Shown here one piece after another: positions 46,740 to 56,773 of a stretch of DNA of 64,000 bases; position 1 is the stretch's first letter, and each line of letters starts with the position of its first letter. The stretch is from NCBI GenBank assembly GCA_035760965.1, contig DASTRY010000057.1:22178-86177 (forward strand). The letters are read 5' to 3'. A program made the translations under genes and the position numbers. The stretch is from Steroidobacteraceae bacterium (lineage in GTDB: Bacteria; Pseudomonadota; Gammaproteobacteria; Steroidobacterales; Steroidobacteraceae). The notes beneath the pieces were generated by a model. The model had not been told where the DNA came from. It did not search any database and saw only the letters and a program-made list of their open reading frames with translations.

Positions 46740-47834
46740 TCAGCGCAGCAGGACCCTGAACAGGTCCCACGTATCCTCGGCAAGGACGTTGGGCATGCGC
46801 GCGGCGCTTTGCGCGCCGAGCGTCTCGCCGGCCAGCACATCGCCCTCCGAGAACGCAATCGACTCCGGAGTCGGCGAGGTGTCCTTCTCGCTGCGATACC
46901 GCGCAATCTGCTTCAGGCGCTCTGTCCGCGCCTTCACTTCTTGAGCGATGTTCGTGCGCGCCTGGATCAGCGCGCGTGCCCGAGCGATCTCGGCCATGAG
47001 CGCTTCGCATTCCTGCCGCGAGCCGTAGTTGTCCGCCACTTCGCGACGGCTCGTCGCCTCGCGCGCGAGCGTCACGAGAGGCGTCTTCACGAGACGCAGA
47101 CACAGCACCTCGGCGTACGCGATCGCCGCGACGTTGACCGCACGACGTGCCTCGAGAGAGAGGCCTGGAAACTCCGGTGCCGGCTCCTGATCGAGCGCGT
47201 CCGCTGCCGCACGCACTTCGGCGAGCCGCGCATCCGCAGCAGTGCAGACGCCACTGGCGGCGACGATGCGCTCGTCGAGCCGCCGACGCCGGAAGTAGTG
47301 CCATAGCTTCGTGAGCCGCTCGCGTTGTGCGCGCAGGTCGGCGAGCCGCTCGCTGGCCTCGGCAAGCTCCGTCTCCGCCGCGCGCAGCTGCCCGTCCACG
47401 GCCTGGCGCCGCACGAACTGTTTGCGATTGTGCTCGGCGAAATGCGCGCGGCGCTCGCGCTCTTCGATCTGTTTGGCGAGATCCGCGACGAACTGCTCGA
47501 TCAACTCGCGACCGAGCTGCCACAGGCCGCGCAGCTGATAGAAGACGAGCGCCGGATAGCCGCTCTCCTGCGCACCGAGCCGCTGCTCGAGAGTGGAGAG
47601 CATCTCCTGCACACGCTGGGTTGCGCCTTCCTGCTGCTTGATGCGGTCCTTCAGGCGGTAGATTTCTTCCTGCAGCTCGCCGTGCGCTTTCTTCAGCTCC
47701 GCGCGATTGCGGAACAGCGCCATGATGCGCTCGTCTTCCTCATCGACCGGCGGCTCGCCCTGAAGAAAAGGAAGCTTCAGAAACCCGAGCTGTCGTAGCG
47801 CTTTCATCAATGATGCGGCTAGGCGGCCTGCCAC
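46740..47834 (-). CDS. uncharacterised coiled-coil protein
   Basis: 364-aa ORF with GC3-biased codons and long Arg/Glu/Ala/Leu heptad-like segments. I recognise no family. The start is the GTG at 47834 or the ATG at 47807. Confidence 0.6.
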   Translation of the reverse strand: MAGRLAASLMKALRQLGFLKLPFLQGEPPVDEEDERIMALFRNRAELKKAHGELQEEIYRLKDRIKQQEGATQRVQEMLSTLEQRLGAQESGYPALVFYQLRGLWQLGRELIEQFVADLAKQIEERERRAHFAEHNRKQFVRRQAVDGQLRAAETELAEASERLADLRAQRERLTKLWHYFRRRRLDERIVAASGVCTAADARLAEVRAAADALDQEPAPEFPGLSLEARRAVNVAAIAYAEVLCLRLVKTPLVTLAREATSRREVADNYGSRQECEALMAEIARARALIQARTNIAQEVKARTERLKQIARYRSEKDTSPTPESIAFSEGDVLAGETLGAQSAARMPNVLAEDTWDLFRVLLR

Positions 47835-47847
47835 ATCCGCTATCTCG

Positions 47848-48330
47848 TTAGCTTGCGGCGATCAAGGTGGCTGGCGAGAAGCGATGGCCTCGCTCCAGGC
47901 AGTACTCCAGCCATTTATTTAGCATCATGTTGCGCGCCCAGCGCTGATCCAGTTCACGCTCCGCGCGCTGCCGCAGGGACTGCAAGTACGCATGCGGATG
48001 CGCTCCGGCCCACTCCTGCGCCTCGACGAGATGCGCATCGTGATAGACGCGAATGCTCATGTCCGGATAGTCCGCGGCGCCCCCTTCGCCGGCGGTGTCG
48101 GCGAAGTGATACGTCAAATTGAGGGTCGTCGTGTACGGGCTGCGTGCGGTGACACTGAGAAGGAGATCACAGTCGCCCTCGACCTGCGAGCGATGCCGCC
48201 CGGCAAGCTTCGCGAGCGCGCCGGTGAGCGATGCGAGGCGCACGTAGTTGCTCTCGTACAGCGCCATGAGCGCCACGAAGCTACGCGGGCGCGAGCGCCA
48301 GGAAACGATTGTGGCTGCGTCAGAAAGCAT
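47848..48330 (-). CDS. DUF1249 (YqiB-like) protein
   Basis: ..FVALMALYESNYVRLASL.. ..SIRVYHDAHLVEA.. ..NKWLEYCLERGH.. parallels E. coli YqiB. Confidence 0.75.
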   Translation of the reverse strand: MLSDAATIVSWRSRPRSFVALMALYESNYVRLASLTGALAKLAGRHRSQVEGDCDLLLSVTARSPYTTTLNLTYHFADTAGEGGAADYPDMSIRVYHDAHLVEAQEWAGAHPHAYLQSLRQRAERELDQRWARNMMLNKWLEYCLERGHRFSPATLIAAS

Positions 48331-48337
48331 TGGGCCG

Positions 48338-48365
48338 ACTATATCTCACGATGATGGCTCTGCAA
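48338..48365 (-). promoter_or_regulatory. candidate sigma70 promoter positioned for a leaderless DUF1249 transcript
   Basis: The minus strand reads TTGCAG-16 nt-TATAGT-CGGCCCA-ATG. The -10 element ends 7 nt before the start codon and there is no SD. Confidence 0.35.
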
Positions 48366-48479
48366 GCGGTGTCTCGCACACCCGCAAGGCTTGCAAGCAA
48401 GATTCGCGCACGTGCTGAAAAGTTGGGTGTGGATCGCAGAAGACGCCGGCACGTTGGCTTGGGTCTTGCACGCGCAACT

Positions 48480-49301
48480 TCAAGGCCGCAAGCGTCGCTC
48501 GATGCCGGTGTTGTTCAGGATGCGGCTCGCGATCTCTTCGATCGAGCATTCCGTGGTATCGATGACGGGTATCGAGTAGCGCGCGAAGAGCGCCTCCGCC
48601 GCGCGCAGCTCGTACGTCACCTGCGGACGCGAAGAATAGCGGCTTTCCGGGCGCCGCTCGTTACGAATCTGCTGGAGGCGCTCGGGTTTGATGGTCAAGG
48701 CATAGAGCTTGCGACGGTGCGCCTCGAGGCGCGTCGGCAGCTTGCCGGATTCGAGGTCGTCTTCGGTGAGCGGATAGTTCGCGGCGAACACGCCGTACTG
48801 AAGCGCCATGTACAAGCAGGTCGGCGTCTTACCGGAGCGCGATACGCCGATGAGGATGACATCCGCGTGCGCATAGTCCTGCCCGTTGCCGTCGTCGTTG
48901 GCGAGCGCGAAGTTCGTGGCGTTGATGCGCGTCGTGTACGCCGGAATGTCGAACATGCCGTGCGCACGCCCGGCGAGATGCGCCGAGCGCACGTTCAGCT
49001 CGCGCTCCAACGGACCGACGAACGCCGCGAAGAAATCGAGGAACAGACCGTCGCTGCCGAGCACCACGTCGCGCACCTCGTCCTGCACGAGCGTGCTGAA
49101 CACGATGGGGCGCACGCCGTCTTCCGCAGCCGCGCGATTGATCTTCCGTACCGCCTCCTCTGCCTTGTCAATGCTCGACACAAATGGCAAAGTCACCGGC
49201 CTAAATTCCACGCCGCTGAACTGCGTGAGCAGGCTGTGTCCCAGCGTCTCCGCGGTCACGCCGGTTTGATCGGATACGAAAAAAACGGTTCGTCGGCTCA
49301 C
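48480..49301 (-). CDS. ppsR: PEP synthetase regulatory protein (PpsR, kinase/pyrophosphorylase)
   Basis: VSRRTVFFVSDQTGVTAE.. ..LIGVSRSGKTPTCLY... The start is the GTG at 49301. The 1056-aa track ORF is a stop-free antisense extension over ppsA. Confidence 0.9.
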   Translation of the reverse strand: MSRRTVFFVSDQTGVTAETLGHSLLTQFSGVEFRPVTLPFVSSIDKAEEAVRKINRAAAEDGVRPIVFSTLVQDEVRDVVLGSDGLFLDFFAAFVGPLERELNVRSAHLAGRAHGMFDIPAYTTRINATNFALANDDGNGQDYAHADVILIGVSRSGKTPTCLYMALQYGVFAANYPLTEDDLESGKLPTRLEAHRRKLYALTIKPERLQQIRNERRPESRYSSRPQVTYELRAAEALFARYSIPVIDTTECSIEEIASRILNNTGIERRLRP

Positions 49302-49394
49302 GGGTGGCGGCCCTCGTCGAGGTGCGCTGTGAGCCGCGAGTGTTTCATCGCCCGCGCTGCCCAGCAAGTGGCGCGCGCTGTCTGAAGGACCCCC

Positions 49395-51767
49395 TTGAAC
49401 GCGTACGTCATTGGTTTCGAGCGTTTGCGCATGGGCGACGTCGAGCACGTCGGCGGCAAGAACGCGTCTCTCGGTGAAATGATCTCCTCGCTCGCGCGTC
49501 TCGGCGTGCGGGTGCCGGGCGGCTTTGCAACGACCGCACAGGCGTATCGGGATTTTCTGAAGCAAGGCGGTCTCGATGAGCGCATTCGCGGCGCGCTCGC
49601 CGGTCTCGACGTCGAGGACGTGACGCAGCTGGCCGCCACCGGGGCGCAGATTCGGCAGTGGATTCTTTCGACGCCCTTCCCGCCCGCGTTGGAGCAGGCG
49701 GTGCTGGCGGAGTTGCGGCGCATGAGCGACGGCAAGGAAATCGCCGTTGCCGTACGCTCGTCGGCCACCGCGGAAGACCTGCCGGAAGCGTCTTTCGCCG
49801 GACAGCAAGAGACGTTCCTCAATGTGCGCGGCGAAGCGGCCGTACTGAAAGCGATGCACGAAGTGTTCGCGTCGCTCTTCAACGACCGCGCCATCGCGTA
49901 TCGCGTGCATCATGGATTCGATCACAGCGCCGTCGCGCTCTCGGCCGGCGTACAGCACATGGTGCGCAGCGACCTCGGCGCGAGCGGCGTCATGTTCACG
50001 CTCGACACCGAGTCGGGATTTCGCGACGTCGTGTTCATCACCGCCTCCTACGGTCTCGGCGAGACCGTCGTGCAGGGCGCGGTGAATCCCGATGAGTTCT
50101 ACGTCTACAAGCCCGCGCTGCGCGCCGGCAAGCGAGCCATTCTCCGCCGCAACCTCGGTGGCAAGGCCAAGAAGATGGTCTACGCGGAGCCCGGCTCCGG
50201 CGAGCGCGTGAAGACCGTCGACGTGCCGGCGGCGGAGCGGCAGAAGTTCTCGCTCACCGACGCGGATGTCCTCGCGCTCGCCAAGCAGGCCCTGACGATC
50301 GAAGAGCACTACAAGCAGCCGATGGACATTGAGTGGGGCAAGGATGGCGCGACCGGCGAGCTCTTCATCCTGCAGGCGCGCCCCGAGACCGTGCAGAGCC
50401 GCGCCGGCCGCACGATCCAGCGCTTCGCGCTGAAGCGCCGCTCGAAGGTGCTCACCACGGGCCGCAGCATCGGCCAGCGCATCGGCGCGGGACCCGCGCG
50501 CGTCATCAAGGACGTGAAGGACATGGCGCGCGTGCAGAGCGGCGATGTGCTCGTCGCGGACATGACGGACCCGGACTGGGAACCGGTGATGAAGCGCTCC
50601 TCCGCCATCGTCACCAATCGCGGCGGGCGTACGTGTCACGCAGCGATCATTGCGCGCGAGCTCGGAATTCCGGCCGTCGTGGGCTGCGGTGATGCGACGG
50701 AAGCGATTCGCGAAGGGCAGAACGTCACCGTCTCCTGCGCCGAAGGCGACACGGGCTACGTCTACGACGGGCAGCTCGAGTTCGAGCGCAAGGACATCGA
50801 GCTCGATGCGCTGCCGCCGCTGCCCGTCAAGATCATGATGAACGTCGGCAATCCCGATCGCGCGTTCGATTTCGCGGGCATCCCGCACAAGGGCGTCGGC
50901 CTTGCGCGCCTCGAGTTCATCATCAATCGCATGATCGGCGTGCATCCGCGCGCGCTGCTCGAGTTCGATTCGCTCGATGGCGAGCTGCAGGATCAGATTC
51001 GCGCACAGATGGCCGGCTACTCCGACCCGGTGCAGTTCTTCGTCGAGAAGCTCGCCGAGGGCATCGCGCAGATCGCCGCGGCGTTCGCGCCGGAACCCGT
51101 CATCGTGCGGCTCTCGGATTTCAAGTCGAACGAGTACGCGAACCTCATCGGCGGGCGCGACTACGAGCCGCACGAAGAGAATCCGATGCTCGGCTTCCGC
51201 GGCGCGGCGCGCTACGTCGACGAGTCGTTCCGCCCGTGCTTCGAGCTCGAATGCCGCGCGCTGAAGATCGTGCGCGACGAGATGGGGCTCACGAACGTGC
51301 AGGTGATGGTGCCCTTCGTCCGCACGGTCAAAGAGGCGCAGCAAGTGACGCAGCTGCTCGCGCAGAACGGCCTGGCGCGCGGGCAGAACGGGCTCAAGGT
51401 CATCATGATGTGCGAGCTGCCGACGAACGCGCTGCTCGCGGACCGTTATCTCGAGCACTTCGACGGCATGTCGATCGGCTCGAACGACATGACACAGCTC
51501 ACCCTCGGGCTCGATCGCGACTCGGCGATCGTCGCGAAGTCCTTCGATGAGCGCGACGATGCGGTGAAAGCGCTGCTCGCGATGGCGATCGCGGCGTGCC
51601 GCCGCAACAAGAAGTACGTCGGCATCTGCGGCCAGGGTCCGTCGGACCATCCGGAGCTCGCGCGCTGGCTCGTCGAGCAGGGCATCGAGAGCATGTCCCT
51701 CAATCCGGACACGGTGGTCGAGACGTGGTTGTTCCTGGCGAACGCGACGGCCGCCGGGGAGAAATGA
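49395..51767 (+). CDS. ppsA: phosphoenolpyruvate synthase
   Basis: 790-aa protein: ..[15 protein letters not shown].. ..[24 protein letters not shown]... The start is a TTG with AAGGA 5 nt upstream. Confidence 0.95.
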   Translation: MNAYVIGFERLRMGDVEHVGGKNASLGEMISSLARLGVRVPGGFATTAQAYRDFLKQGGLDERIRGALAGLDVEDVTQLAATGAQIRQWILSTPFPPALEQAVLAELRRMSDGKEIAVAVRSSATAEDLPEASFAGQQETFLNVRGEAAVLKAMHEVFASLFNDRAIAYRVHHGFDHSAVALSAGVQHMVRSDLGASGVMFTLDTESGFRDVVFITASYGLGETVVQGAVNPDEFYVYKPALRAGKRAILRRNLGGKAKKMVYAEPGSGERVKTVDVPAAERQKFSLTDADVLALAKQALTIEEHYKQPMDIEWGKDGATGELFILQARPETVQSRAGRTIQRFALKRRSKVLTTGRSIGQRIGAGPARVIKDVKDMARVQSGDVLVADMTDPDWEPVMKRSSAIVTNRGGRTCHAAIIARELGIPAVVGCGDATEAIREGQNVTVSCAEGDTGYVYDGQLEFERKDIELDALPPLPVKIMMNVGNPDRAFDFAGIPHKGVGLARLEFIINRMIGVHPRALLEFDSLDGELQDQIRAQMAGYSDPVQFFVEKLAEGIAQIAAAFAPEPVIVRLSDFKSNEYANLIGGRDYEPHEENPMLGFRGAARYVDESFRPCFELECRALKIVRDEMGLTNVQVMVPFVRTVKEAQQVTQLLAQNGLARGQNGLKVIMMCELPTNALLADRYLEHFDGMSIGSNDMTQLTLGLDRDSAIVAKSFDERDDAVKALLAMAIAACRRNKKYVGICGQGPSDHPELARWLVEQGIESMSLNPDTVVETWLFLANATAAGEK

Positions 51768-51768
51768 A

Positions 51769-52326
51769 TCAGCGCCCCGAGAACTGGGGTGCGAACAGCG
51801 TCAGCCGGTAGTGGCGCAGCTCGCGGATGGACTCCTGGATGTCCGCGAGCGCAAGGTGCGCGCCCTGCTTCACGAAGCTCTCGTGCACCGAGGGTGCCCA
51901 GCGCCGCGCCAGCTCCTTCAGCGTGCTGACGTCGAGATTGCGGTAATGGAAGAACTTCTCGAGGGTCGGCATCTGCCGTGCAAGAAAACGCCGATCTTGG
52001 CAGATGCTGTTGCCGCACATCGGCGAGGCGCCCGGCGCCACGAGCGACGACAGGAACGCGAGCGTGCGCTGCTCGGCCACCGCAGTGGTGATCGTGCTGG
52101 CCTTGACGCGGGCGAGCAGCCCGGACGCGCGGTGCTGCTTCTGGTTCCAGTCGTCCATGGCCGCAAGCACGTGATCGGGCTGATGGATCGCGAGGTTCGG
52201 ACCCTCGGCGATGACGTTCAGATCGCGGTCCGTGACGATCGTGGCAATCTCGATGATGTGGTCCGTGTCGGGCTTCAGGCCCGTCATCTCCAGATCGATC
52301 CAGATGAGGTGATCGGTACTCGGCAT
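51769..52326 (-). CDS. orn: oligoribonuclease
   Basis: [17 protein letters not shown].. ..[11 protein letters not shown].. ..[11 protein letters not shown]... The ATG is at 52326. Confidence 0.94.
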   Translation of the reverse strand: MPSTDHLIWIDLEMTGLKPDTDHIIEIATIVTDRDLNVIAEGPNLAIHQPDHVLAAMDDWNQKQHRASGLLARVKASTITTAVAEQRTLAFLSSLVAPGASPMCGNSICQDRRFLARQMPTLEKFFHYRNLDVSTLKELARRWAPSVHESFVKQGAHLALADIQESIRELRHYRLTLFAPQFSGR

Positions 52327-52382
52327 GTCACTGCGGCAGGTTAGTTGTGGCCGAGTGTAGCAGAGACTAACCTCGCGCCCGC

Positions 52383-53327
52383 ATGCCCGAGCCCTCTTCC
52401 AGCGCACGTTTCGCGGCCCGCGTCTCCGCGGTGTTCGGCCGCGACTTGCTCGTGCGCGAACCGGACGGCACCGAGCATCGGGCCCGCGTCCGCGGGCGGC
52501 GCTTGAACGTCGTCTGCGGCGACGATGTCGTGTGTGAGCGCGACCCGACACACGGTGAAGTCAACGTCGTCGAGGTGCGCCCGCGCCGGACCGCACTCTA
52601 CCGTTCCAACTTGCGCGGCGAAGCCGAGCCGGTGGTCGCCAACGTCTCGCGGCTGTTCGTCGTGCTGGCCCCCAAGCCCGTGCCGGACTTCTTCGTCGTG
52701 GATCGCTATCTCGCCGCGGCGACCTCGGCTGCGATCGAGGCGACGCTCGTGCTCAACAAGCGCGACCTGCCGGTCGATCCCGACCTGCAAGCGGAGCTCG
52801 CCGCGTATCTCGCCGCAGGGTATCCGACGATCGCCTGCTCGGCGCGCTCGGGGGACGGCGTCGACGAGCTGCTCGCCGCCGCCGTGGGTGCGGTGGCCGC
52901 ACTCGTCGGCCAATCCGGGGTGGGCAAATCGTCCCTCATCCGGCGTCTCATTCCCGAGGCGCAGGTGCAGATCGGGGAGCTGATGCGCGAAGAGGAAGGC
53001 CGTCACACGACGACGACTTCACGCATGTTCGAGCTGCCGCGCGGCGGGTACCTGATCGACTCGCCCGGGGTCCGCGATTTCGCGCCGGCGATCGATCGAC
53101 TCGATCCGCGCACGATGGGATTCACGGAAGTGGCGCGGCTCGCGCCGGGCTGCCGCTTCCAGGATTGCCAGCACCTGCGCGAGCCGAATTGCGCCGTGCG
53201 AGCGGCCGCGGAGTCGGGTGCGCTGCACGAGCGGCGCTACGAGAGCTATCGGCGCCTGCGGCGCCTGTACAACGATCTGGTGAAGGCGCGCGGGCCGAAA
53301 TACCGGCCGGGTCAGCCGAGCTCGTGA
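52383..53327 (+). CDS. rsgA: ribosome small-subunit-dependent GTPase A
   Basis: ..VLNKRDL.. ..[11 protein letters not shown].. ..DSPGVRDF.. C-terminal zinc finger [16 protein letters not shown]. Confidence 0.93.
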   Translation: MPEPSSSARFAARVSAVFGRDLLVREPDGTEHRARVRGRRLNVVCGDDVVCERDPTHGEVNVVEVRPRRTALYRSNLRGEAEPVVANVSRLFVVLAPKPVPDFFVVDRYLAAATSAAIEATLVLNKRDLPVDPDLQAELAAYLAAGYPTIACSARSGDGVDELLAAAVGAVAALVGQSGVGKSSLIRRLIPEAQVQIGELMREEEGRHTTTTSRMFELPRGGYLIDSPGVRDFAPAIDRLDPRTMGFTEVARLAPGCRFQDCQHLREPNCAVRAAAESGALHERRYESYRRLRRLYNDLVKARGPKYRPGQPSS

Positions 53328-53448
53328 GGGGAATATGTCGCGCCGTGGCACGCGGAAGCAGGCGCGGCGCGAACTCGGCCTGGTGAACCATTCGCGGTGC
53401 GTCAACGGCCAGCGGCGCTCAGCGCGCTAGCGACGAGGCGCGCCGCCG

Positions 53449-54048
53449 TCAGCCGAACGTTTGCCGCCCGCTCAGCGCGTGCGCGAGCGTGCCACCGTCC
53501 ACGTATTCGAGCTCACCGCCGATCGGCACACCGTGCGCGATGCGGCTCGCGCGAATGCCGCGCTTCACGGCGAGGTCGCCGAGAAAGTGCGCGGTCGCCT
53601 CGCCCTCCACGGTGGGATTGGTCGCGAGAATGAGCTCGCGCACCTCGCCCTCATCGAGGATTCCCTCCAACTCGCGCACCCCGAGCTGCTCGGGACCGAT
53701 GCCATCGAGCGGCGACAGATGCCCCATCAGCACGAAATAGCGACCGCGGTAACTGCCCGACTGCTCGACCGCCACCACATCCGATGGCGACTCGACCACG
53801 CAGACGAGCGAGGCGTCGCGGTGAGGCGCCGCGCAGATCTGACACAGCTCTCCTTCCGTCAACATGCGGCACCGCTTGCAGCGGACCACCGTCTCGAGCG
53901 ACGCGCTCAAAGCCTCCGCGAGCGCGCGTGCTCCAGCTCGTCCCTCCTGGAGCAGGTGAAACGCCATGCGCTGCGCGGTTTTCGGCCCCACACCCGGGAG
54001 CGCGCGCAGCGCGTCGATGAGCCGTGTGAGCTGCGGGGAATGCTTCAT
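53449..54048 (-). CDS. recR: recombination protein RecR
   Basis: 199-aa protein: ..[17 protein letters not shown].. C4 zinc finger [16 protein letters not shown], and a Toprim domain. Confidence 0.96.
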   Translation of the reverse strand: MKHSPQLTRLIDALRALPGVGPKTAQRMAFHLLQEGRAGARALAEALSASLETVVRCKRCRMLTEGELCQICAAPHRDASLVCVVESPSDVVAVEQSGSYRGRYFVLMGHLSPLDGIGPEQLGVRELEGILDEGEVRELILATNPTVEGEATAHFLGDLAVKRGIRASRIAHGVPIGGELEYVDGGTLAHALSGRQTFG

Positions 54049-54371
54049 CAGAACGGGAGCTTGAATCCTGGCGGTAGCTGCATGCCGCCCATGACGCTTG
54101 CCATCTTCTCCTGGATCCGCGCTTCGACTTTCTTCACCGCATCATTCGTTGCCGCGGCGATGAGATCTTCCAGCATCTCGCGATCCTCGGACACGACAGC
54201 CGGCTCGAGCTGCACGCGCTTCACATTGTGCTGGCCGGTCATGGTGACCTTCACCATGCCGCCACCGGACTCGCCTACCACTTCGATGTTCGCGATCTCG
54301 GCCTGCGCCTTCTGCAGGTTCTGCTGCATGGCCTGAGCCTGCTTCATCATGTTGCCGATGTTTCCGCGCAT
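54048..54371 (-). CDS. ybaB: nucleoid-associated protein YbaB/EbfC
   Basis: [37 protein letters not shown].. gives 107 aa. The 242-aa track ORF is an upstream extension into dnaX. Confidence 0.93.
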   Translation of the reverse strand: MRGNIGNMMKQAQAMQQNLQKAQAEIANIEVVGESGGGMVKVTMTGQHNVKRVQLEPAVVSEDREMLEDLIAAATNDAVKKVEARIQEKMASVMGGMQLPPGFKLPF

Positions 54372-54406
54372 GCCTGCAATATCCTCGTGTCGTGTGTGCC
54401 CGATGG

Positions 54407-56065
54407 TTACTTCACGGGGCGGACGCTGTCGGGCAGCAGCGTGGCACCGAATTTCTCGCGCAGCAGCTGGACGCCGGGATCGGATTCGAGCGCCTGACGG
54501 GCGGAATCGAGCTCTTCCAGGCTGGCGCGCTGGCCCATCTGCGCGGGCGTCTCGAGTCCGGCGGGCAGCGACTCGAATTCGACACGCACCGTTTCGCCGA
54601 AATACTTCGTGAGCGCCTGGGCGAGCTTCTCGACCTGCCCCTGCGTCCGGACGAACCCGCTCTTGGAATCGAAGCCGAAGCGCACGACGGCGTCTTTGCG
54701 ACCGAGCAGCGCGCAATGATTGGCGAGCTGGCGCGCAGAGCCGGTCAGCTCCAGTTGGTTCAGGATGGCGCTCCACGCTGCCGGCGTGGCCTCGAGAGGC
54801 GGCCCTGCCGGCGTCTGAGGTGCGCTGGCCACGGCGCTCGCAGCAGGCGCGCCGTGCGCCGCCGAAACCGAGCCGGTTCCGACAGCCCCGGCAACCCGCG
54901 GCGCCGTGCCGGTGGCCTGTGCGGACCGCGGAGCCTGCGGAGCGCCGGCGGTGGCGCCGCCTTCGGCGGGCCGGAACGCGAGCATCCGCAGCAGCGTCAT
55001 TTCGAAGCCGACGCGCGGCTCCGAGACGAGCGCGAGGTCGCGCCGGCCGACGACCGCCGTCTGGTAGTACAGCTGGACGTCTTCGGGCGAGAGCGATTTC
55101 GCGAGCTTCTCGAGCAGCTCCGGCGCGTAGATCTCGTCGCCTTCGAAGTCCGGGACTGCCTGCTTCATCCCGACCCGGACGAGCAGCGAGGCGAGCTCAT
55201 CGAGCACCTGCGCATAGTCCGGAGCCCATTGCTCGAGCGATTGCGCATAGCGCACGAGAGCGGCTGCGTCGCCGCCGGCGAGGTGCTCGGCGAGCTGCAC
55301 GACGTGGTCGCGGGCAATCGTGCCGAGCATGGCTCGCGCGGATTCTTCGTCGACCTTGCCGCCGCCGAACGCAATGAGCTGATCGAGCAGCGACAGGCCA
55401 TCGCGCATGCTGCCGTCCGCAGCCACGGCCACGAGCCGAATGCCGCCCGCATCGAACGCCACCTTCTCCGCTTCCAGGATCTTGCGCATGTGCTCGCCGA
55501 TCTGCCCGACCGGCAAGCGCTTTAAGTTGAATTGCAGGCAGCGCGAGAGCACCGTGACCGGCAGCTTCTGCGGGTCCGTCGTCGCGAGCAGGAACTTCAC
55601 GTGCGGCGGCGGCTCCTCGAGCGTCTTTAGCAGCGCGTTGAAGGAGTGCGTCGAGAGCATGTGCACCTCGTCGATGAGGTACACCTTGTAGCGCGCGCGA
55701 GTCGGCGCGTATTGCACGTTGTCCAGCAGCTCGCGCGTATCGTCGACCTTGGTGCGCGAGGCCGCATCGACCTCGATGAGGTCGACGAAGCGTCCGGAAT
55801 CGATCTCGACGCACGCCGCGCACGTGCCGCACGGCTCGGCGGTCATCCCGTGCGGCGACTGCTCGGCCCGGATGCAGTTCAGGCATTTCGCGAAGATGCG
55901 CGCGATGGTCGTCTTGCCGACGCCGCGCGTGCCGGTGAACAGGAATGCGTGATGGACGCGCCCGGTCTCGAGCGCGTTCGTCAGCGCGCGCACGACGTGC
56001 TCCTGGCCGACGAGCTCGGCGAAGGTCTTGGGGCGGTATTTACGCGCGAGGGCGGTGTAAGCCAT
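54407..56065 (-). CDS. dnaX: DNA polymerase III subunit tau/gamma
   Basis: [45 protein letters not shown]... The ATG is at 56065. Confidence 0.95.
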   Translation of the reverse strand: MAYTALARKYRPKTFAELVGQEHVVRALTNALETGRVHHAFLFTGTRGVGKTTIARIFAKCLNCIRAEQSPHGMTAEPCGTCAACVEIDSGRFVDLIEVDAASRTKVDDTRELLDNVQYAPTRARYKVYLIDEVHMLSTHSFNALLKTLEEPPPHVKFLLATTDPQKLPVTVLSRCLQFNLKRLPVGQIGEHMRKILEAEKVAFDAGGIRLVAVAADGSMRDGLSLLDQLIAFGGGKVDEESARAMLGTIARDHVVQLAEHLAGGDAAALVRYAQSLEQWAPDYAQVLDELASLLVRVGMKQAVPDFEGDEIYAPELLEKLAKSLSPEDVQLYYQTAVVGRRDLALVSEPRVGFEMTLLRMLAFRPAEGGATAGAPQAPRSAQATGTAPRVAGAVGTGSVSAAHGAPAASAVASAPQTPAGPPLEATPAAWSAILNQLELTGSARQLANHCALLGRKDAVVRFGFDSKSGFVRTQGQVEKLAQALTKYFGETVRVEFESLPAGLETPAQMGQRASLEELDSARQALESDPGVQLLREKFGATLLPDSVRPVK

Positions 56066-56169
56066 ATGACGAGCCGGAGTGTATCCCTCTGATACGGCGC
56101 GCTTCGCGCCGGCTACATAGTTGGGGTCGCGAGCGACCCCTTGCGAACCCTCGGACGCAGCCCACAAGA

Positions 56170-56284
56170 GGAGGCAGCCCGCACCAGCTCACCTCCGGCA
56201 CCCGACATCGCCGCTACCGCTGCTCCCTTCCGGGCCTGGCGGGGTTTACGACTGGTCGTCGCGGAGAAACCGGTGCGAGCCACC
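56170..56284 (-). ncRNA. ffs: signal recognition particle RNA (4.5S, small type)
   Basis: The minus strand reads GGTGGCTCGCACC...CCAGGCCCGGAAGGGAGCAGCGG...GGTGCGGGCTGCC. The domain IV GGAA tetraloop motif is present and the 5' and 3' ends pair over 13 bp. It lies upstream of dnaX, as in many bacteria. Confidence 0.85.
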
Positions 56285-56310
56285 ATTGATCGGGCCAGAC
56301 GGAGAAGGTC

Positions 56311-56402
56311 TGGCGGAGAGAGTGGGATTCGAACCCACGAACACCCGTTAAGATGTTACTGGAATTCCAGTCCAGCGCCTTCGACCGCTCGGCCATCTCT
56401 CC
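56311..56402 (-). tRNA. tRNA-Ser (anticodon GGA), CCA encoded
   Basis: The reverse complement is GGAGAGATGGCCGAGCGGTCGAAGGCGCTGGACTGGAATTCCAGTAACATCTTAACGGGTGTTCGTGGGTTCGAATCCCACTCTCTCCGCCA, with a long variable arm. Confidence 0.93.
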
Positions 56403-56437
56403 CACCGGGGCGCGGATGATACACCACGCCGCCCGGA

Positions 56438-56758
56438 TCAGGCCTCGGGCTCCTTGGGCTTGGCGATCGCGTACTTCGGCGGGGTGTCGAGGCATCCCTC
56501 CGACTCGAGACGCGGCGGCGGCTCCGGTGTGTTCAGCGTCGGAATCTTGAGGGCGTTGCGCGTATCCGGCGCCTCGAGCCCCGGCGGAATTTTCAGCGGC
56601 GGCATGTCCTTGGCACCCGCATACCCTTCCGGGCCCTTGCACACGGCATCCGCGTGGGAACGGCGAAACGGATTGCAGCCTGCCGTGGCGCTCACGACAC
56701 CCGCCAGCAGCACGATCGCAAACACAGTACGCACGCGTGGTGCGCTGGATTCACTCAT
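56438..56758 (-). CDS. short lipoprotein in the bamC (nlpB) position downstream of dapA
   Basis: ATG at 56758 with AGGGGGA upstream. It has the lipobox SATAGC and a Pro-rich mature part of about 80 aa with LKIPPGL and LKIPTL motifs. Confidence 0.65.
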   Translation of the reverse strand: MSESSAPRVRTVFAIVLLAGVVSATAGCNPFRRSHADAVCKGPEGYAGAKDMPPLKIPPGLEAPDTRNALKIPTLNTPEPPPRLESEGCLDTPPKYAIAKPKEPEA

Positions 56759-56773
56759 TCGATTCCCCCTCAC

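Noticed and set aside
49302-51650. Upstream 780-codon extension of the ppsR reading frame (track ORF 48480-51650, 1056 aa), antisense to ppsA.
   Set aside because: PpsR homology begins only at VSRRTVFFVSDQTG (GTG at 49301). The remainder is Arg/Ala/Asp/His-rich antisense translation of ppsA with no stop codons by chance.
54407-56065. Programmed -1 frameshift site in dnaX (an A AAA AAG heptamer as in E. coli) that would generate the gamma subunit.
   Set aside because: I found no run of five or more A on the coding strand (T on the plus strand) by eye within the gene, so no E. coli-type slippery site is supported.
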